The notes: generated by a model from the sequence alone, not told the origin. 64,000 nt of DNA from an uncultured Bacilli bacterium (GCA_934120635.1 CAKOUR010000001.1:60696-124695), one strand, 5' to 3'; shown: positions 18,337 through 29,757, counted from the stretch's first letter. Numbers and translations are program-made.

Positions 18337-18747
18337 ATGGCAACAATTAACCAAAGACTAAGAGGAAAAGGACAAAAAAGAAGAAAAAGTAAATCACCTG
18401 CATTATTAACAAGATTAGATACAGTAAACAATAAAACTGTAAATCAAAATTCTCCTCAAAAAAGAGGTGTTTGTGTACGTGTTGGAACAATGACTCCAAA
18501 GAAACCAAACTCAGCATTAAGAAAATATGCTCGTGTTAGATTATCAAATGGAATGGAAGTAACTTGTTATATTCCAGGAATTGGACACAACCTACAAGAG
18601 CACTCAGTTGTATTAGTTCGTGGAGGACGTGTTAAAGACTTAATCGGTGTTCGTTATCACATCATTCGTGGAACAATGGATACAGCAGGAGTTCAAAATC
18701 GTATGCAAGGTCGTTCTAAATACGGAGCAAAGAAACCTAAGAAATAA
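18337..18747 (+). CDS. rpsL: 30S ribosomal protein S12
   Basis: [24 protein letters not shown]...[13 protein letters not shown] at 18337 follows RBS aaggaggcgg. Confidence 0.9.
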   Translation: MATINQRLRGKGQKRRKSKSPALLTRLDTVNNKTVNQNSPQKRGVCVRVGTMTPKKPNSALRKYARVRLSNGMEVTCYIPGIGHNLQEHSVVLVRGGRVKDLIGVRYHIIRGTMDTAGVQNRMQGRSKYGAKKPKK

Positions 18748-18786
18748 AATTAAAATGAAAATATAACAAGAAAAGGAGGAGAAATA

Positions 18787-19254
18787 ATGCGTAAAAGACG
18801 TGCAGTAAAAAGAGATGTATTACCAGATTCATTATACAAATCAAAAGTTGTTGCAAAATTAATCAATCAAATCATGATTGATGGTAAAAAAGGAACAGCA
18901 CAAAGTATTGTATATGATGCATTTGATATGATTAAAGAAAAAACTGGCGAAGAAGCTATGGTTGTATTCGAACGTGCAATGGAAAATATCAAACCTGCTC
19001 TAGAAGTAAAATCTAGAAGAGTAGGAGGAGCAAACTACCAAGTACCAGTAGAAGTTAAACAAGAACGTGCACAAGCACTAGCATTTCGTTGGTTAGCACA
19101 ATATGCAAGATTAAGAAGTGGTCATACAATGGCTGAAAAATTAGCAAATGAAATTATCGATGCTTCCAATGGTATTGGTGCATCTGTTAAGAAAAAAGAA
19201 GATACTCACAAAATGGCAGAAGCAAACAAAGCATTTGCTCATTATAGATGGTAG
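18787..19254 (+). CDS. rpsG: 30S ribosomal protein S7
   Basis: [36 protein letters not shown]... Confidence 0.9.
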   Translation: MRKRRAVKRDVLPDSLYKSKVVAKLINQIMIDGKKGTAQSIVYDAFDMIKEKTGEEAMVVFERAMENIKPALEVKSRRVGGANYQVPVEVKQERAQALAFRWLAQYARLRSGHTMAEKLANEIIDASNGIGASVKKKEDTHKMAEANKAFAHYRW

Positions 19255-19269
19255 AAAGGAAAAGACAAT

Positions 19270-21342
19270 ATGGCTCGAAAAATTTCGTTACAAAATACTC
19301 GTAACATTGGAATTATGGCTCACATTGATGCTGGTAAAACAACTTGTACAGAACGTATTTTATACCATACTGGAAAAATCCACAAAATTGGGGAAACTCA
19401 TGATGGAGCAGCCCAAATGGACTGGATGGAACAAGAACAAGAACGTGGTATTACCATTACATCTGCTGCAACAACAGCATTCTGGAAGGGCTATCGTTTC
19501 AATATCATCGATACTCCAGGTCACGTAGACTTCACAATCGAAGTACAAAGAAGCTTAAGAGTATTAGATGGAGCTGTTTTATTACTAGATTCACAAGCTG
19601 GTGTTGAACCACAAAGTGAAACAGTATGGAGACAAGCAAATGAATATAAAGTACCAAGAATCATTTTCTCTAACAAAATGGATAAAATGGGTGCTGATTT
19701 CTACAAAAGCTTACAAAGCGTAAGCGACAGATTAGGAGCAAAAACTGCTGCTATTGAACTTCCAATTGGTGCAGAATCAGAATTCAATGGTGTAATTGAC
19801 TTAGTTACCATGAAAGCATATCACTTTGATGGAAAACAAGAAGAAAATTATACAGAAATTGAAATTCCAGAAGATTTAAAAGACAAAGCAGAAGAATATA
19901 GAAACATCTTAATTGAAGCTGCTGCAGACTTTGATGAAGAATTAATGATGACTTACCTAGATGGTGGTGAAGTTACTGTTGATGCATTAAAGAAAGCAAT
20001 TCGTAAAGGTGTTTTATCTGCAGAGTTCTTCCCATTCATGTGTGGAACTGCCCTAGGAAATATGGGTGTAAAATTACTTCTAGATGCTGTTGTAGATTAC
20101 CTACCAGCACCAACAGATGTTGCATCAATTGAATGTACAGATTCTAAAGGAAATGAAGTATTAAGACATCCATCAGATTCTGAACCATTCACTGCTTTAG
20201 CATTTAAAGTAATGACAGATCCATTTGTTGGAAGACTTACATTCTTCAGAGTATATTCAGGTACATTAAAGAGTGGTTCTTATGTATTAAACTCAACAAA
20301 GAATGTAAAAGAAAGAGTAGGAAGAATCCTACAAATGCACGCAAATCACAGAGAAGAGATTTCAGAAGTATTCGCTGGAGATATCGGAGCAATCGTTGGA
20401 CTAAAAAATACAACAACTGCTGATACATTATGTGATGAGAAAAATCCATGTATCATGAAAGGTATGGAATTCCCAGAACCAGTTATCTCACAAGCTCTAG
20501 AACCAAAATCTAAAGCAGACCAAGATAAAATGGCATTAGCATTAACAAAATTAGCAGAAGAAGATCCAACATTTAGAATGCATACAGATCCAGAAACAGG
20601 TCAAACTGTAATTTCTGGTATGGGTGAATTACACCTTGATATTCAAGTAGATAGATTAAAAAGAGAATTTGGTGTTGAAGCAACCGTAGGAGCACCTCAA
20701 GTTGCTTATCGTGAAACCATTACTCAAACTGCTGAATGTGAAGGAAAACACATTAAACAATCTGGTGGACGTGGACAATATGGACATGTTTGGATTCGTT
20801 TTGAACCAAATCCTGATAAAGGATATGAATTTGTAGACAATATCGTAGGAGGAGTAGTTCCAAGAGAATATATTTCCGTTATCGATAAAGGATTACAAGA
20901 AGCAATGACAACTGGTGTTTTAGCTGGATACCCTATGGTAGATGTAAAAGCAACTTTATTTGATGGTTCATACCATGATGTTGACTCATCAGAAATGGCC
21001 TTCAAAATTGCAGCAAGCTTAGCTTTGAAAGAAGCAAGAAACAAATGTAAACCAGTATTACTTGAACCAATCGTGAAAGTACAAGTTATTGTACCAGATG
21101 AATATTTAGGTAATGTTATGGGAGATATTACATCACGTCGTGGAAAACCAATGGGACAAGAATCACGTGGTAATGCTCTAGCAATAGAAGCTATGGTACC
21201 ACTAGCTGAAATGTTCGGTTATGCAACAAGCTTACGTTCAAATACACAAGGACGTGGAAGCTTTACAATGACTTTGGATCACTATGAAGAAGTACCAAAA
21301 TCAATTGCAGAAGAGATTATCAAAAAAAATGGAGGAAATTAA
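19270..21342 (+). CDS. fusA: Elongation factor G
   Basis: [28 protein letters not shown] and a full five-domain length of 690 aa. Confidence 0.95.
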   Translation: MARKISLQNTRNIGIMAHIDAGKTTCTERILYHTGKIHKIGETHDGAAQMDWMEQEQERGITITSAATTAFWKGYRFNIIDTPGHVDFTIEVQRSLRVLDGAVLLLDSQAGVEPQSETVWRQANEYKVPRIIFSNKMDKMGADFYKSLQSVSDRLGAKTAAIELPIGAESEFNGVIDLVTMKAYHFDGKQEENYTEIEIPEDLKDKAEEYRNILIEAAADFDEELMMTYLDGGEVTVDALKKAIRKGVLSAEFFPFMCGTALGNMGVKLLLDAVVDYLPAPTDVASIECTDSKGNEVLRHPSDSEPFTALAFKVMTDPFVGRLTFFRVYSGTLKSGSYVLNSTKNVKERVGRILQMHANHREEISEVFAGDIGAIVGLKNTTTADTLCDEKNPCIMKGMEFPEPVISQALEPKSKADQDKMALALTKLAEEDPTFRMHTDPETGQTVISGMGELHLDIQVDRLKREFGVEATVGAPQVAYRETITQTAECEGKHIKQSGGRGQYGHVWIRFEPNPDKGYEFVDNIVGGVVPREYISVIDKGLQEAMTTGVLAGYPMVDVKATLFDGSYHDVDSSEMAFKIAASLALKEARNKCKPVLLEPIVKVQVIVPDEYLGNVMGDITSRRGKPMGQESRGNALAIEAMVPLAEMFGYATSLRSNTQGRGSFTMTLDHYEEVPKSIAEEIIKKNGGN

Positions 21343-21416
21343 TCGATACTATTGATTAATTTCCAAAATTTGATAAAATAGATTATGTAACTTAAGAAAG
21401 AGAGGAAAAGATATTT

Positions 21417-22601
21417 ATGGCAAAAGAAAAATTTGATCGTTCAAAACCACACGTTAATATTGGTACAATTGGACACGTAGATCATGGTAAAACTACTTTA
21501 ACTGCAGCTATCACTAAAGTATTGTCGGATAAAGGTTATGCTCAATTTGAAGACTATGCTGATATTGATAAAGCACCAGAAGAAAGAGAAAGAGGTATTA
21601 CTATCAATACTGCACACGTTGAGTATCAAACTGACAAACGTCACTATGCTCACGTTGACTGTCCAGGACATGCTGACTATGTAAAGAACATGATTACTGG
21701 TGCAGCTCAAATGGATGGAGCAATCTTAGTTATTGCTGCAACTGATGGACCTATGGCTCAAACAAGAGAGCACATCTTACTAGCTCGCCAAGTTGGTGTA
21801 CCTAGAATGGTAGTATTCATGAACAAATGTGACATGGTTGATGATGAAGAATTATTAGACTTAGTTGAAATGGAAATTCGTGAATTATTAACAAGTTATG
21901 GATTCGATGGAGACAATACTCCAATCATTAGAGGTTCTGCATTAAAAGCTCTTGAAGGAGATCCTAAATATGTAGAAAAGATTAATGAATTAATGGATGC
22001 TGTTGATGAATGGATTCCAACTCCTGAAAGAGATGTTGATAAACCATTCTTAATGTCAATTGAAGACGTATTCACAATTACAGGACGTGGAACAGTTGTT
22101 ACTGGACGTGTTGAAAGAGGACAATTAAAACTTAATGATGAAGTTGAAATCGTTGGACTTAGAGACACTCAAAAGACTGTTGTTACAGGAATTGAAATGT
22201 TTAGAAAAACTCTAGACTATGCTGAAGCTGGAGATAATGCTGGTGTATTATTACGTGGTATTTCAAGAGATGACGTTGAAAGAGGACAAGTTCTTGCTAA
22301 ACCAGGAAGTGTTCACCCACACAAAAAATTCACTGCACAAGTATACGTATTATCTAAAGAAGAAGGCGGAAGACATACTCCATTCTTCTCAAATTACAGA
22401 CCTCAATTCTACTTCAGAACTACTGATGTTACTGGTGTAATCACATTACCAGAAGGAACTGAAATGGTTATGCCTGGTGATAACGTTACAATGACAGTAG
22501 AATTAATCGCTCCAATCGCTGTTGAAAACGGAACTAAGTTCTCAATTCGTGAAGGTGGACGTACAGTAGGTGCTGGTAACGTATCTGATATTATTGAATA
22601 A
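21417..22601 (+). CDS. tuf: Elongation factor Tu
   Basis: [30 protein letters not shown] and NKCD. 394 aa. A possible internal promoter TTGATT-16-TAAAAT lies in the fusA-tuf spacer. Confidence 0.95.
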   Translation: MAKEKFDRSKPHVNIGTIGHVDHGKTTLTAAITKVLSDKGYAQFEDYADIDKAPEERERGITINTAHVEYQTDKRHYAHVDCPGHADYVKNMITGAAQMDGAILVIAATDGPMAQTREHILLARQVGVPRMVVFMNKCDMVDDEELLDLVEMEIRELLTSYGFDGDNTPIIRGSALKALEGDPKYVEKINELMDAVDEWIPTPERDVDKPFLMSIEDVFTITGRGTVVTGRVERGQLKLNDEVEIVGLRDTQKTVVTGIEMFRKTLDYAEAGDNAGVLLRGISRDDVERGQVLAKPGSVHPHKKFTAQVYVLSKEEGGRHTPFFSNYRPQFYFRTTDVTGVITLPEGTEMVMPGDNVTMTVELIAPIAVENGTKFSIREGGRTVGAGNVSDIIE

Positions 22602-22605
22602 TAAT

Positions 22606-22640
22606 AAATAAAAAGATTCTCTTTAGGGGAGTCTTTTTTT
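22606..22640 (+). terminator. Putative terminator after tuf
   Basis: aaaaaga ...gggga... tcttttttt. The stem is weak and AT-rich. The T-run is present. Confidence 0.35.
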
Positions 22641-22646
22641 CTGTCC

Positions 22647-22666
22647 AAAATACTGATCAGTATTTT
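22647..22666. repeat. Perfect 20-bp palindrome AAAATACTGATCAGTATTTT, the core copy of the repeat family
   Basis: Read directly at 22647-22666, immediately after the tuf terminator. Confidence 0.5.
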
Positions 22667-22760
22667 CCTCATCTAAAAGTTATCCACTAGTAACATTCTT
22701 CTTTCAATTTTAGAAAATATAGTGTATAATAATCTAAGAAAAAAAGAAAGGTGGGATAAC

Positions 22761-24029
22761 ATGTTTGTTGATGAAGTTATCGTTGAATTAACCGCAGGCC
22801 GTGGTGGAGATGGCTGTATGGCTTTCAGACGAGAAAAATATGTAGCAATGGGAGGACCATTCGGTGGAAACGGAGGAAAAGGTGGAGATATTATCTTTAA
22901 AGTTGATGAAGGACTAAGAACCCTAATTGATTTAAGATATCAAAAACACATTAAAGCCTCATCTGGAGAAAATGGTCAAGGAAAAAATAAAAACGGAAAA
23001 AATGCTCTAGACATGATTGTAAAAGTTCCTCTTGGAACAACCATAAAAGATAATGAAACAGGTGCTATTATTGGCGATTTAACCAAAAATGGAGAAGAAA
23101 TAATTGTAGCCTATGGTGGAAGAGGCGGAAGAGGAAACGTAACCTTAGCAACAAGAAGTAACCCATGCCCATCATACTGTGAATATGGAGAACCAGGAGA
23201 AAATAGAAAAGTAAAAGTAGAACTTCGTATGCTAGCAGATGTTGGTCTAGTAGGCTTACCAAGTGTTGGAAAAAGTACCATCCTATCCATGGTAACCAAC
23301 GCAAACCCTAAAATAGCAAGTTACCACTTTACAACCTTATCTCCAAATTTAGGCGTAGTAACAAGTGAAGATTATTCTTATACCATCGCCGATTTACCAG
23401 GATTAATCGAAGGCGCCTCCGATGGACTAGGTTTAGGACACAAATTCTTAAAACATATTGAACGTACCAAAATTATCGCCCATATTATTGATATGTCAGG
23501 AATAGAAGGAAGAAATCCCTATGAAGATTACCTTACCATTAGAAAAGAACTAGAAAATTTTAGCCCAAAATTAATCCAAAAACCAGAAATTATCATCGCC
23601 AACAAAATGGATATAGAATCATCAAAAAAGAACCTAGAAGAATTCAAACAAAAAGTAAAAGTCCCTATCTATGAAGTAAGTGCTATCCAAAATAAAGGCT
23701 TAGATGAAGTATTAAAAGCCCTAAAAGAATTAGTAAAAAATACAAAAGACGAAGTATTATTCCCAGAAGAAGTTCAAGAAAGTCATGTCTTATATAAATT
23801 TAAGAAAGAAAAACCATTTACAATTATTAAAGAAAACAATACTTATATTATCAAAGGAGCAACAGTTGAAAAACTATTCCAGATGACCAACTTTAACACA
23901 GAAGAATCTTTCTTCCGTTTCTCTAGTAAACTAAGAAGAATGGGAATTGATGATGAATTAGAAAAAATGGGAATAGAAGAAGGAGATATTGTAAAAATTC
24001 TTGATTATGAATTCGAATATACAAAATAA
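22761..24029 (+). CDS. obg: GTPase Obg
   Basis: MFVDEVIVELTAGRGGDGCMAFRREKY is the Obg N-terminal Gly-rich fold. G-domain motifs GLPSVGKST and DLPGLIEGAS. C-terminal TGS-like domain. The internal ATG was chosen with RBS aaaggtggg and an extended -10 tgtgTATAAT upstream. The exact start is uncertain by about 1 nt because of an A-run. Confidence 0.85.
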   Translation: MFVDEVIVELTAGRGGDGCMAFRREKYVAMGGPFGGNGGKGGDIIFKVDEGLRTLIDLRYQKHIKASSGENGQGKNKNGKNALDMIVKVPLGTTIKDNETGAIIGDLTKNGEEIIVAYGGRGGRGNVTLATRSNPCPSYCEYGEPGENRKVKVELRMLADVGLVGLPSVGKSTILSMVTNANPKIASYHFTTLSPNLGVVTSEDYSYTIADLPGLIEGASDGLGLGHKFLKHIERTKIIAHIIDMSGIEGRNPYEDYLTIRKELENFSPKLIQKPEIIIANKMDIESSKKNLEEFKQKVKVPIYEVSAIQNKGLDEVLKALKELVKNTKDEVLFPEEVQESHVLYKFKKEKPFTIIKENNTYIIKGATVEKLFQMTNFNTEESFFRFSSKLRRMGIDDELEKMGIEEGDIVKILDYEFEYTK

Positions 24030-24047
24030 TATTTAAGAGGTTAAAAA

Positions 24048-24698
24048 ATGAAAATATCTACAAAATATATGACTATAAATTATACAGAAAAAGATAGAGA
24101 ATATATGAAATATTTACTGGATTATTTACAAAGAAATGAGATAATAATTGTTAATTTTTTTAAATTAAGTAATTTTGGTGAAAAAGTTGAAATCACACTA
24201 CATAGTAATTTAGATGATTTTAGAAAAAAATATAACGAAGTATATAAAAGAATACCTGAAAATTGGGTATGTGGATTTGCATATAATAACAAATATATTG
24301 AAACATTATCATTGAGTGAATATAGAAAAACAAAGTCTCATGAAAATGTTAATATAGATAATTTGTGTAGATTAATAATCCATGAATTTATTCATAGCTG
24401 TCATTTTAAAGCTAATTCTAATAGTATATATGTTCGGTGGTTATCAGAAGGTTTAGCAACAACTTTATCAGGCCAATATGACAATATAGATAATAAATTT
24501 ATATTTGATGCCACCGAAGAAGAAATGATAAATGGTACAACGAATTACTATAATTATTATTTAATGTTTAAATATATTATAGATAATTATGGAAAAGATT
24601 ATATATTATATTTAATATCAAATATTGAAATACTTAATAAAGAAACTCCAAAACTCTATGAAGAAGCAAAGAAATATTATAAAGCAAAGAGTAGGTAA
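24048..24698 (+). CDS. Small cytoplasmic gluzincin-like protein (HExxH-x17-E, M1-like zinc-binding signature)
   Basis: IIHEFIHSCHFKANSNSIYVRWLSEGLATTL resembles the M1 aminopeptidase zinc site (HExxH-x18-E in WLNEGFA). 216 aa with no signal peptide. Confidence 0.45.
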   Translation: MKISTKYMTINYTEKDREYMKYLLDYLQRNEIIIVNFFKLSNFGEKVEITLHSNLDDFRKKYNEVYKRIPENWVCGFAYNNKYIETLSLSEYRKTKSHENVNIDNLCRLIIHEFIHSCHFKANSNSIYVRWLSEGLATTLSGQYDNIDNKFIFDATEEEMINGTTNYYNYYLMFKYIIDNYGKDYILYLISNIEILNKETPKLYEEAKKYYKAKSR

Positions 24699-24940
24699 TA
24701 TAGTTTTTTTTAAGAGCTATGTATGAATATACCTAAAAATAAATTTATCCAATTATGTTAGCAGAAAATATCAAAGCAATTGAGTGACTTATTTTGAAAA
24801 TAATAATATCATTAATAATAAAAATCCAGGTTTCAATGAAAATATTTCTGGATTTTTTTCTTTGTAAACTAAAAAGGAAACTATCTCCAAAAGAGATTTT
24901 TTTTGCTATAATTATTTAATAGCAGTAAGAGGTGTAATTT

Positions 24941-27900
24941 ATGGAAAAGAAAATGGAAGTATTTTTAAATCAAATCGGAATAAATGAAGACTATTTGACT
25001 TATTTTGAAGAAAGCAATGTCGAAGAAGTCAAAGTAAGCAAAGAAACCAATCGTTTTCACTTCTTTATCAAAGTAAAACAACCATTACCTTACCAAGTCT
25101 ATCAAGATTTATTTACTTCCCTAAAGGAAGCTTTTCATCATGAAATTAAATTAACATTAGTATCTTCCGAAAATGCTTATCAAGAAATTAACCCATATAT
25201 TAAAGAAATTATCAAAGAATATGCTAACGTCTCTATGCGTTATAATGTTTTTTTAGATAGAGAGGCCAAAATTAACGAAGAAAAAGTTGAATATCCAGTC
25301 TATAATAAAATTGAAGAATTAAACTTAAAAAACATTGAAAGAGAATTAATCAATAAGTTAAAAGAATATGGCTTTGCTAACATTGACTTTAATATCATTT
25401 TAGAAGAACATAAAGATCAAGAACTGTTAGATAGAATTAATCAAGAAAAAGATACTTCTGCCATGAAAAATATTCCAACTCCAAAAACACCATCTTCCGA
25501 AAAAGAATCAGTAGCCCCTCAAAGTCAAGAAAAGAAAAGCTTTTATCGCCCTAAAAAAAGTACCGAAGTAACAAAAATAAAAGACTTATTATATGAAACG
25601 GATAATGTTAATATTGAGGTTCAAATCTTTGGTGTTGATTTATTTGAGGCAAAAAGTGGCTACAAAATATTTACTCTAAAAGTAACAGATTTTTCGGATA
25701 GTATGTATGCTAAGATTTTTACAAAAGATGAAGAAGAATTTAAACGTTTAAAAGACTTATTAAAAGCAGGTTCTTGGTATTCAATGTACGGAAGAGTAAA
25801 AGAAGATAATTTTGCCAACAACGAATTAGTCTTCATGACCAGATTTCGGGATGTAACCCCAATTGATGCCAAACTAGACTGGGTTAGAACCGATAAAAGT
25901 CCGGAAAAAAGAGTGGAACTTCATGCTCATACCATGATGAGTCAAATGGATGGCGTTATTGATGAAATCAAATTAGTCAAAACAGCCATAAAATGGGGAC
26001 ATAGAGCAATTGCTATTACTGATCATGATGGATGCCAAGCTTTCCCGCATGTCTTTAACGAAGTAACAGGTTATAACAAAAAAGTATTATCCCCTTATAA
26101 AGATAAATTAAAAGAATTAAAACAAAACTATCAAGATAAAATTGATGCAGAAGATGTCTGTGGTGCTAAATTAGTAGAAGAAGAAATCCATAAAACAGAA
26201 GAAGAAATGAAGAAGGCACCAACCTTTAAAGCACTATACGGAACAGAACTAGAAATGTCAGATGATACTCTAGATTTAGTAGTAAATCCAACAGATGCAG
26301 ATATTTATCGTTCTACTTACGTTATATTCGATACTGAAACAACCGGTTTCAACCCTGGATTACATGATTCAATGATTGAAATTGGTGCTGTTAAAATGAA
26401 AGATGGTGCTTTAATCGAAAGTTTTGATGAATTAATCAATCCAGGTGTTCTAATTGATAGCGAAATTACTGAATTAACAGGAATTACCAATAATATGGTG
26501 AAAGACTGTCCAAATGAAGAAGAAGTTACCAAAAAATTCAAAGAATGGATAGGAGATTTACCACTAGTTGCTCATAATGCCAAATTCGATAAAAACATGT
26601 TAGAAATGGCTTATCACAAATATAATTTAGGAAAACTAAAAAACCCAATCCTAGATACCATGGTTATTTCTCAAATTATCAATAAAGATTTAAAAAGACA
26701 TAACTTAACCGCATTAACCAAAAACTATGGCATTACCTTTGAAGAAAACGATGGAGATGGAGAAAAACACCACCATAGAGCAGACTACGATGCTGAGTTT
26801 ACTGGTTACGTTTTCTTTAAAATGCTAAAACAATTCGATAAAAATACGATTAAAACGCTAAAAGATTTAACAACCTTACCAACTGAAAAAGAAATCAATC
26901 GTTGGAATCGAGAAAAACATGTGAACATCATCGCAAGAAGTCGAGTTGGTTTAAAAAATATGTTTAAACTAATTAGTTATGGAGCAACAACATACTTAGT
27001 TAAGAGCGCCCGTGTACCAAGACATTTAATCAATGAACACAGGGAAGACTTACTAATTGGAAGTGGCTGTTACAATGGAGAAATCTTTAATACAGCCCTA
27101 ACAAGATGTGAAGATGATTTAAAAGAAGTCATGAAATTTTATGACTATATCGAAGTTCAACCACCAAGCAATTACACTCATCTAGTTGCCCGACATGACA
27201 TTAACACAATGGAAGAAGTAAAATATGCGCTAGAAAAAATTGTCAAATGTGCTAGAGAAATTGGCAAAACAATTGTTGCAACAAGTGATGCCCATACCCT
27301 AAATAAAGAAGATAAAATATATAGGGAAATTATTGTTCACCAAAATGTACCAGGAAAAGGAAGACACCCATTAGCAAGATACTTAAACCAAGAAGGATAT
27401 AAAACCATTCCTGACCAATATTTAAGAACAACCGATGAAATGTTAGAAGAATTCGCCTTTCTAGGAGAAGATATCGCACACGAAATCGTTATCGAAAATA
27501 CCAACAAAATTGCAGACTTATGTGGGGAATATGAAGTTATCATTGACACAGGTGGCATTCCTTTTTCACCAAAAATTGACAACTCTATAGCAACCGTAAT
27601 TGACTTAGTTTACACTAAAGCAGCCAGCTGGTACGGTTCACCACTACCTTATAATATTGAAGAGCGAATTGCTAAAGAACTGTACGGAGATAGTGTACTT
27701 GACAGTATCAAATATTTAATGAAAGAGGAAAATACGGTAAAGGAAGAAGATTTTGAAAAAGAATCATTCCAAAGATTACACGATACCATTTTTAAAGGAG
27801 ATGACGAAGTAAGAAGAGTAGTAGGAGAAAAAATTCAAAGAACTTCCGATACCGAATTATCCGAAGAAGAACTAAAAAAACAAGTTTCCAAAAATTTAGG

Positions 27901-29692
27901 TGGAATTATTGGCGGAGGGTTTGATGTAATTTACTTAATTGCCCAAAAACTTGTAAAACACTCTAACGATGAAGGATTCTTAGTAGGAAGTCGTGGTAGT
28001 GTTGGTTCTTCCTTCGTTGCAACCATGATGGGAATAACAGAAGTAAATCCACTGCCAGCCCATTATCGTTGCCCAAAATGCTTCCACAGTATTTTTGAAG
28101 ATGATAAAGGCGAAGCCCTAGGAGCAACTTACTCCTCTGGTTTTGATTTACCAGATAAAATGTGTCCAAAATGTGGAACAAGACTAATTAAAGATGGACA
28201 GGATATGCCATTCGCAACCTTCTTAGGATTTAATGCTGATAAAGTTCCTGATATTGACTTAAACTTCTCTGATTTAAACCAAGCCAGTGCGCATAATTAT
28301 ACCAAAGTACTATTCGGTGTTGATAACGTTTATCGTGCTGGAACAATTGGAACAGTAGCCGAAAAAACGGCTTTCGGTTACGTCAAAGGTTTCTGCGAAG
28401 ACCGAGATATAAAAATGCGTAGTGCTGAAATTGAAAGAATTGCTGAAGGCTGTACTGGCGTAAAAAGAACAACTGGACAACACCCAGGAGGAATCGTCGT
28501 TATCCCTGGATATATGGATGTCTTTGATTTTACTCCATTCCAGTTCCCTGCCGATGATCCAACAAGTGCTTGGAGAACTACTCACTTTGATTATCACGCC
28601 ATCGACCAAGATGTTTTAAAACTAGATATTCTAGGACATACCGACCCAACTCAACTTCGTCTAATTCAAAATATAAGAGGTATCCCTGTTGTTGATGATG
28701 TTCCTCTAGATGATAAAGATACTATGGGAATATTCTTATCACCAGCACCACTTGGCGTAACTTCAGAACAAATCATGTGTGAAACAGGAACACTTGGTAT
28801 CCCGGAATTTGGAACTCCTTTTACAATAGGAATGTTAGTTGACACAAAACCAACTACTTTTGCTGAATTAATCAAAATATCAGGACTATCTCACGGAACA
28901 GATGTATGGCTAGGAAATGCTCAAGAATTAATTAGACAAGGAACCGTACCATTTAAAGAAGTAATTGGATGTCGTGATGATATTATGGTTTATTTAATGT
29001 ATAATGGAGTAGAACCATTAAAAGCCTTCAAAATTATGGAATTTGTTCGTAAAGGAAAAGCTTCAAAAGATCCAGAAACTTGGAAAAAACACGTTGAAAC
29101 AATGGAAAAAGCAGGTATTGAACCTTGGTTCATTGATTCCTGCCGAAAAATAAAATACATGTTCCCAAAAGCCCATGCCGCAGCATATGTTATTAGTGCT
29201 TTTCGTATTGCTTACTATAAAGTTCATTATCCAGCAATCTATTATGCAACATACTTTTCAACTAGATTAGATGACTTTGAAATTACTACAATGATGAAAG
29301 GCTATACCTCTATAAAATCAAGAATTATTGAAATTAATAACAAAGGATATGACGTAACGAATAAAGAAACATCATTATTAGAAACATTAAAACTATCCCT
29401 TGAAGCAACAGCTAGAGGAATCATCTTTGGTAACCTAGATTTAATGAAAAGTGATGCTAAGAATTTCCAAATAGCAGATGATGGAATCACTCTAATTCCA
29501 CCATTTCGAGTAATCGATGGCCTAGGTGGAACCGTTGCGCAAAGTATTCAAGAAGAAGCCAAAAAACATGATTTTATTTCTATTGAAGATTTTCAAAAGC
29601 GTTGCCATGTCTCAACAACTTTAGTAGATAAAATGCGTACAATGAATCTATTTGGTGACTTACCAGAATCAAGTCAATTAAGTTTATTTTAA
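24941..29692 (+). CDS. polC: DNA polymerase III PolC-type (Gram-positive replicative polymerase with PHP and 3'-5' exonuclease)
   Basis: PHP motif HAHTMMSQMDGV, exonuclease DEDD motif YVIFDTETTGF...HNAKFD, zinc finger CPKCFHS...CPKCG and polymerase core. 1583 aa, which is longer than the usual ~1440 aa and has a low-complexity linker near residue 180. An extended -10 tgcTATAAT lies upstream. Confidence 0.95.
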   Translation: MEKKMEVFLNQIGINEDYLTYFEESNVEEVKVSKETNRFHFFIKVKQPLPYQVYQDLFTSLKEAFHHEIKLTLVSSENAYQEINPYIKEIIKEYANVSMRYNVFLDREAKINEEKVEYPVYNKIEELNLKNIERELINKLKEYGFANIDFNIILEEHKDQELLDRINQEKDTSAMKNIPTPKTPSSEKESVAPQSQEKKSFYRPKKSTEVTKIKDLLYETDNVNIEVQIFGVDLFEAKSGYKIFTLKVTDFSDSMYAKIFTKDEEEFKRLKDLLKAGSWYSMYGRVKEDNFANNELVFMTRFRDVTPIDAKLDWVRTDKSPEKRVELHAHTMMSQMDGVIDEIKLVKTAIKWGHRAIAITDHDGCQAFPHVFNEVTGYNKKVLSPYKDKLKELKQNYQDKIDAEDVCGAKLVEEEIHKTEEEMKKAPTFKALYGTELEMSDDTLDLVVNPTDADIYRSTYVIFDTETTGFNPGLHDSMIEIGAVKMKDGALIESFDELINPGVLIDSEITELTGITNNMVKDCPNEEEVTKKFKEWIGDLPLVAHNAKFDKNMLEMAYHKYNLGKLKNPILDTMVISQIINKDLKRHNLTALTKNYGITFEENDGDGEKHHHRADYDAEFTGYVFFKMLKQFDKNTIKTLKDLTTLPTEKEINRWNREKHVNIIARSRVGLKNMFKLISYGATTYLVKSARVPRHLINEHREDLLIGSGCYNGEIFNTALTRCEDDLKEVMKFYDYIEVQPPSNYTHLVARHDINTMEEVKYALEKIVKCAREIGKTIVATSDAHTLNKEDKIYREIIVHQNVPGKGRHPLARYLNQEGYKTIPDQYLRTTDEMLEEFAFLGEDIAHEIVIENTNKIADLCGEYEVIIDTGGIPFSPKIDNSIATVIDLVYTKAASWYGSPLPYNIEERIAKELYGDSVLDSIKYLMKEENTVKEEDFEKESFQRLHDTIFKGDDEVRRVVGEKIQRTSDTELSEEELKKQVSKNLGGIIGGGFDVIYLIAQKLVKHSNDEGFLVGSRGSVGSSFVATMMGITEVNPLPAHYRCPKCFHSIFEDDKGEALGATYSSGFDLPDKMCPKCGTRLIKDGQDMPFATFLGFNADKVPDIDLNFSDLNQASAHNYTKVLFGVDNVYRAGTIGTVAEKTAFGYVKGFCEDRDIKMRSAEIERIAEGCTGVKRTTGQHPGGIVVIPGYMDVFDFTPFQFPADDPTSAWRTTHFDYHAIDQDVLKLDILGHTDPTQLRLIQNIRGIPVVDDVPLDDKDTMGIFLSPAPLGVTSEQIMCETGTLGIPEFGTPFTIGMLVDTKPTTFAELIKISGLSHGTDVWLGNAQELIRQGTVPFKEVIGCRDDIMVYLMYNGVEPLKAFKIMEFVRKGKASKDPETWKKHVETMEKAGIEPWFIDSCRKIKYMFPKAHAAAYVISAFRIAYYKVHYPAIYYATYFSTRLDDFEITTMMKGYTSIKSRIIEINNKGYDVTNKETSLLETLKLSLEATARGIIFGNLDLMKSDAKNFQIADDGITLIPPFRVIDGLGGTVAQSIQEEAKKHDFISIEDFQKRCHVSTTLVDKMRTMNLFGDLPESSQLSLF

Positions 29693-29722
29693 AAGGAAAA
29701 TACTTACATTTATTTTTGATGA

Positions 29723-29757
29723 GATAACCATATCATTTTGGTTATCTTATTTTTTAA
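29723..29757 (+). terminator. Rho-independent terminator after polC
   Basis: gataacca tatcatttt tggttatc followed by ttattttttaat. Confidence 0.6.

Noticed and set aside
19148-19528. 126-aa ORF spanning the rpsG-fusA junction
   Set aside because: It overlaps two highly conserved genes in a different frame, so it is spurious.
21343-21416. fusA-tuf spacer as an attenuator or riboswitch
   Set aside because: It contains only a plausible internal promoter (TTGATT-16-TAAAAT) and an RBS, with no stable structure.
25660-29490. Multiple short minus-strand ORFs within polC
   Set aside because: All are nested antisense to polC and are artefacts of a long AT-rich gene.
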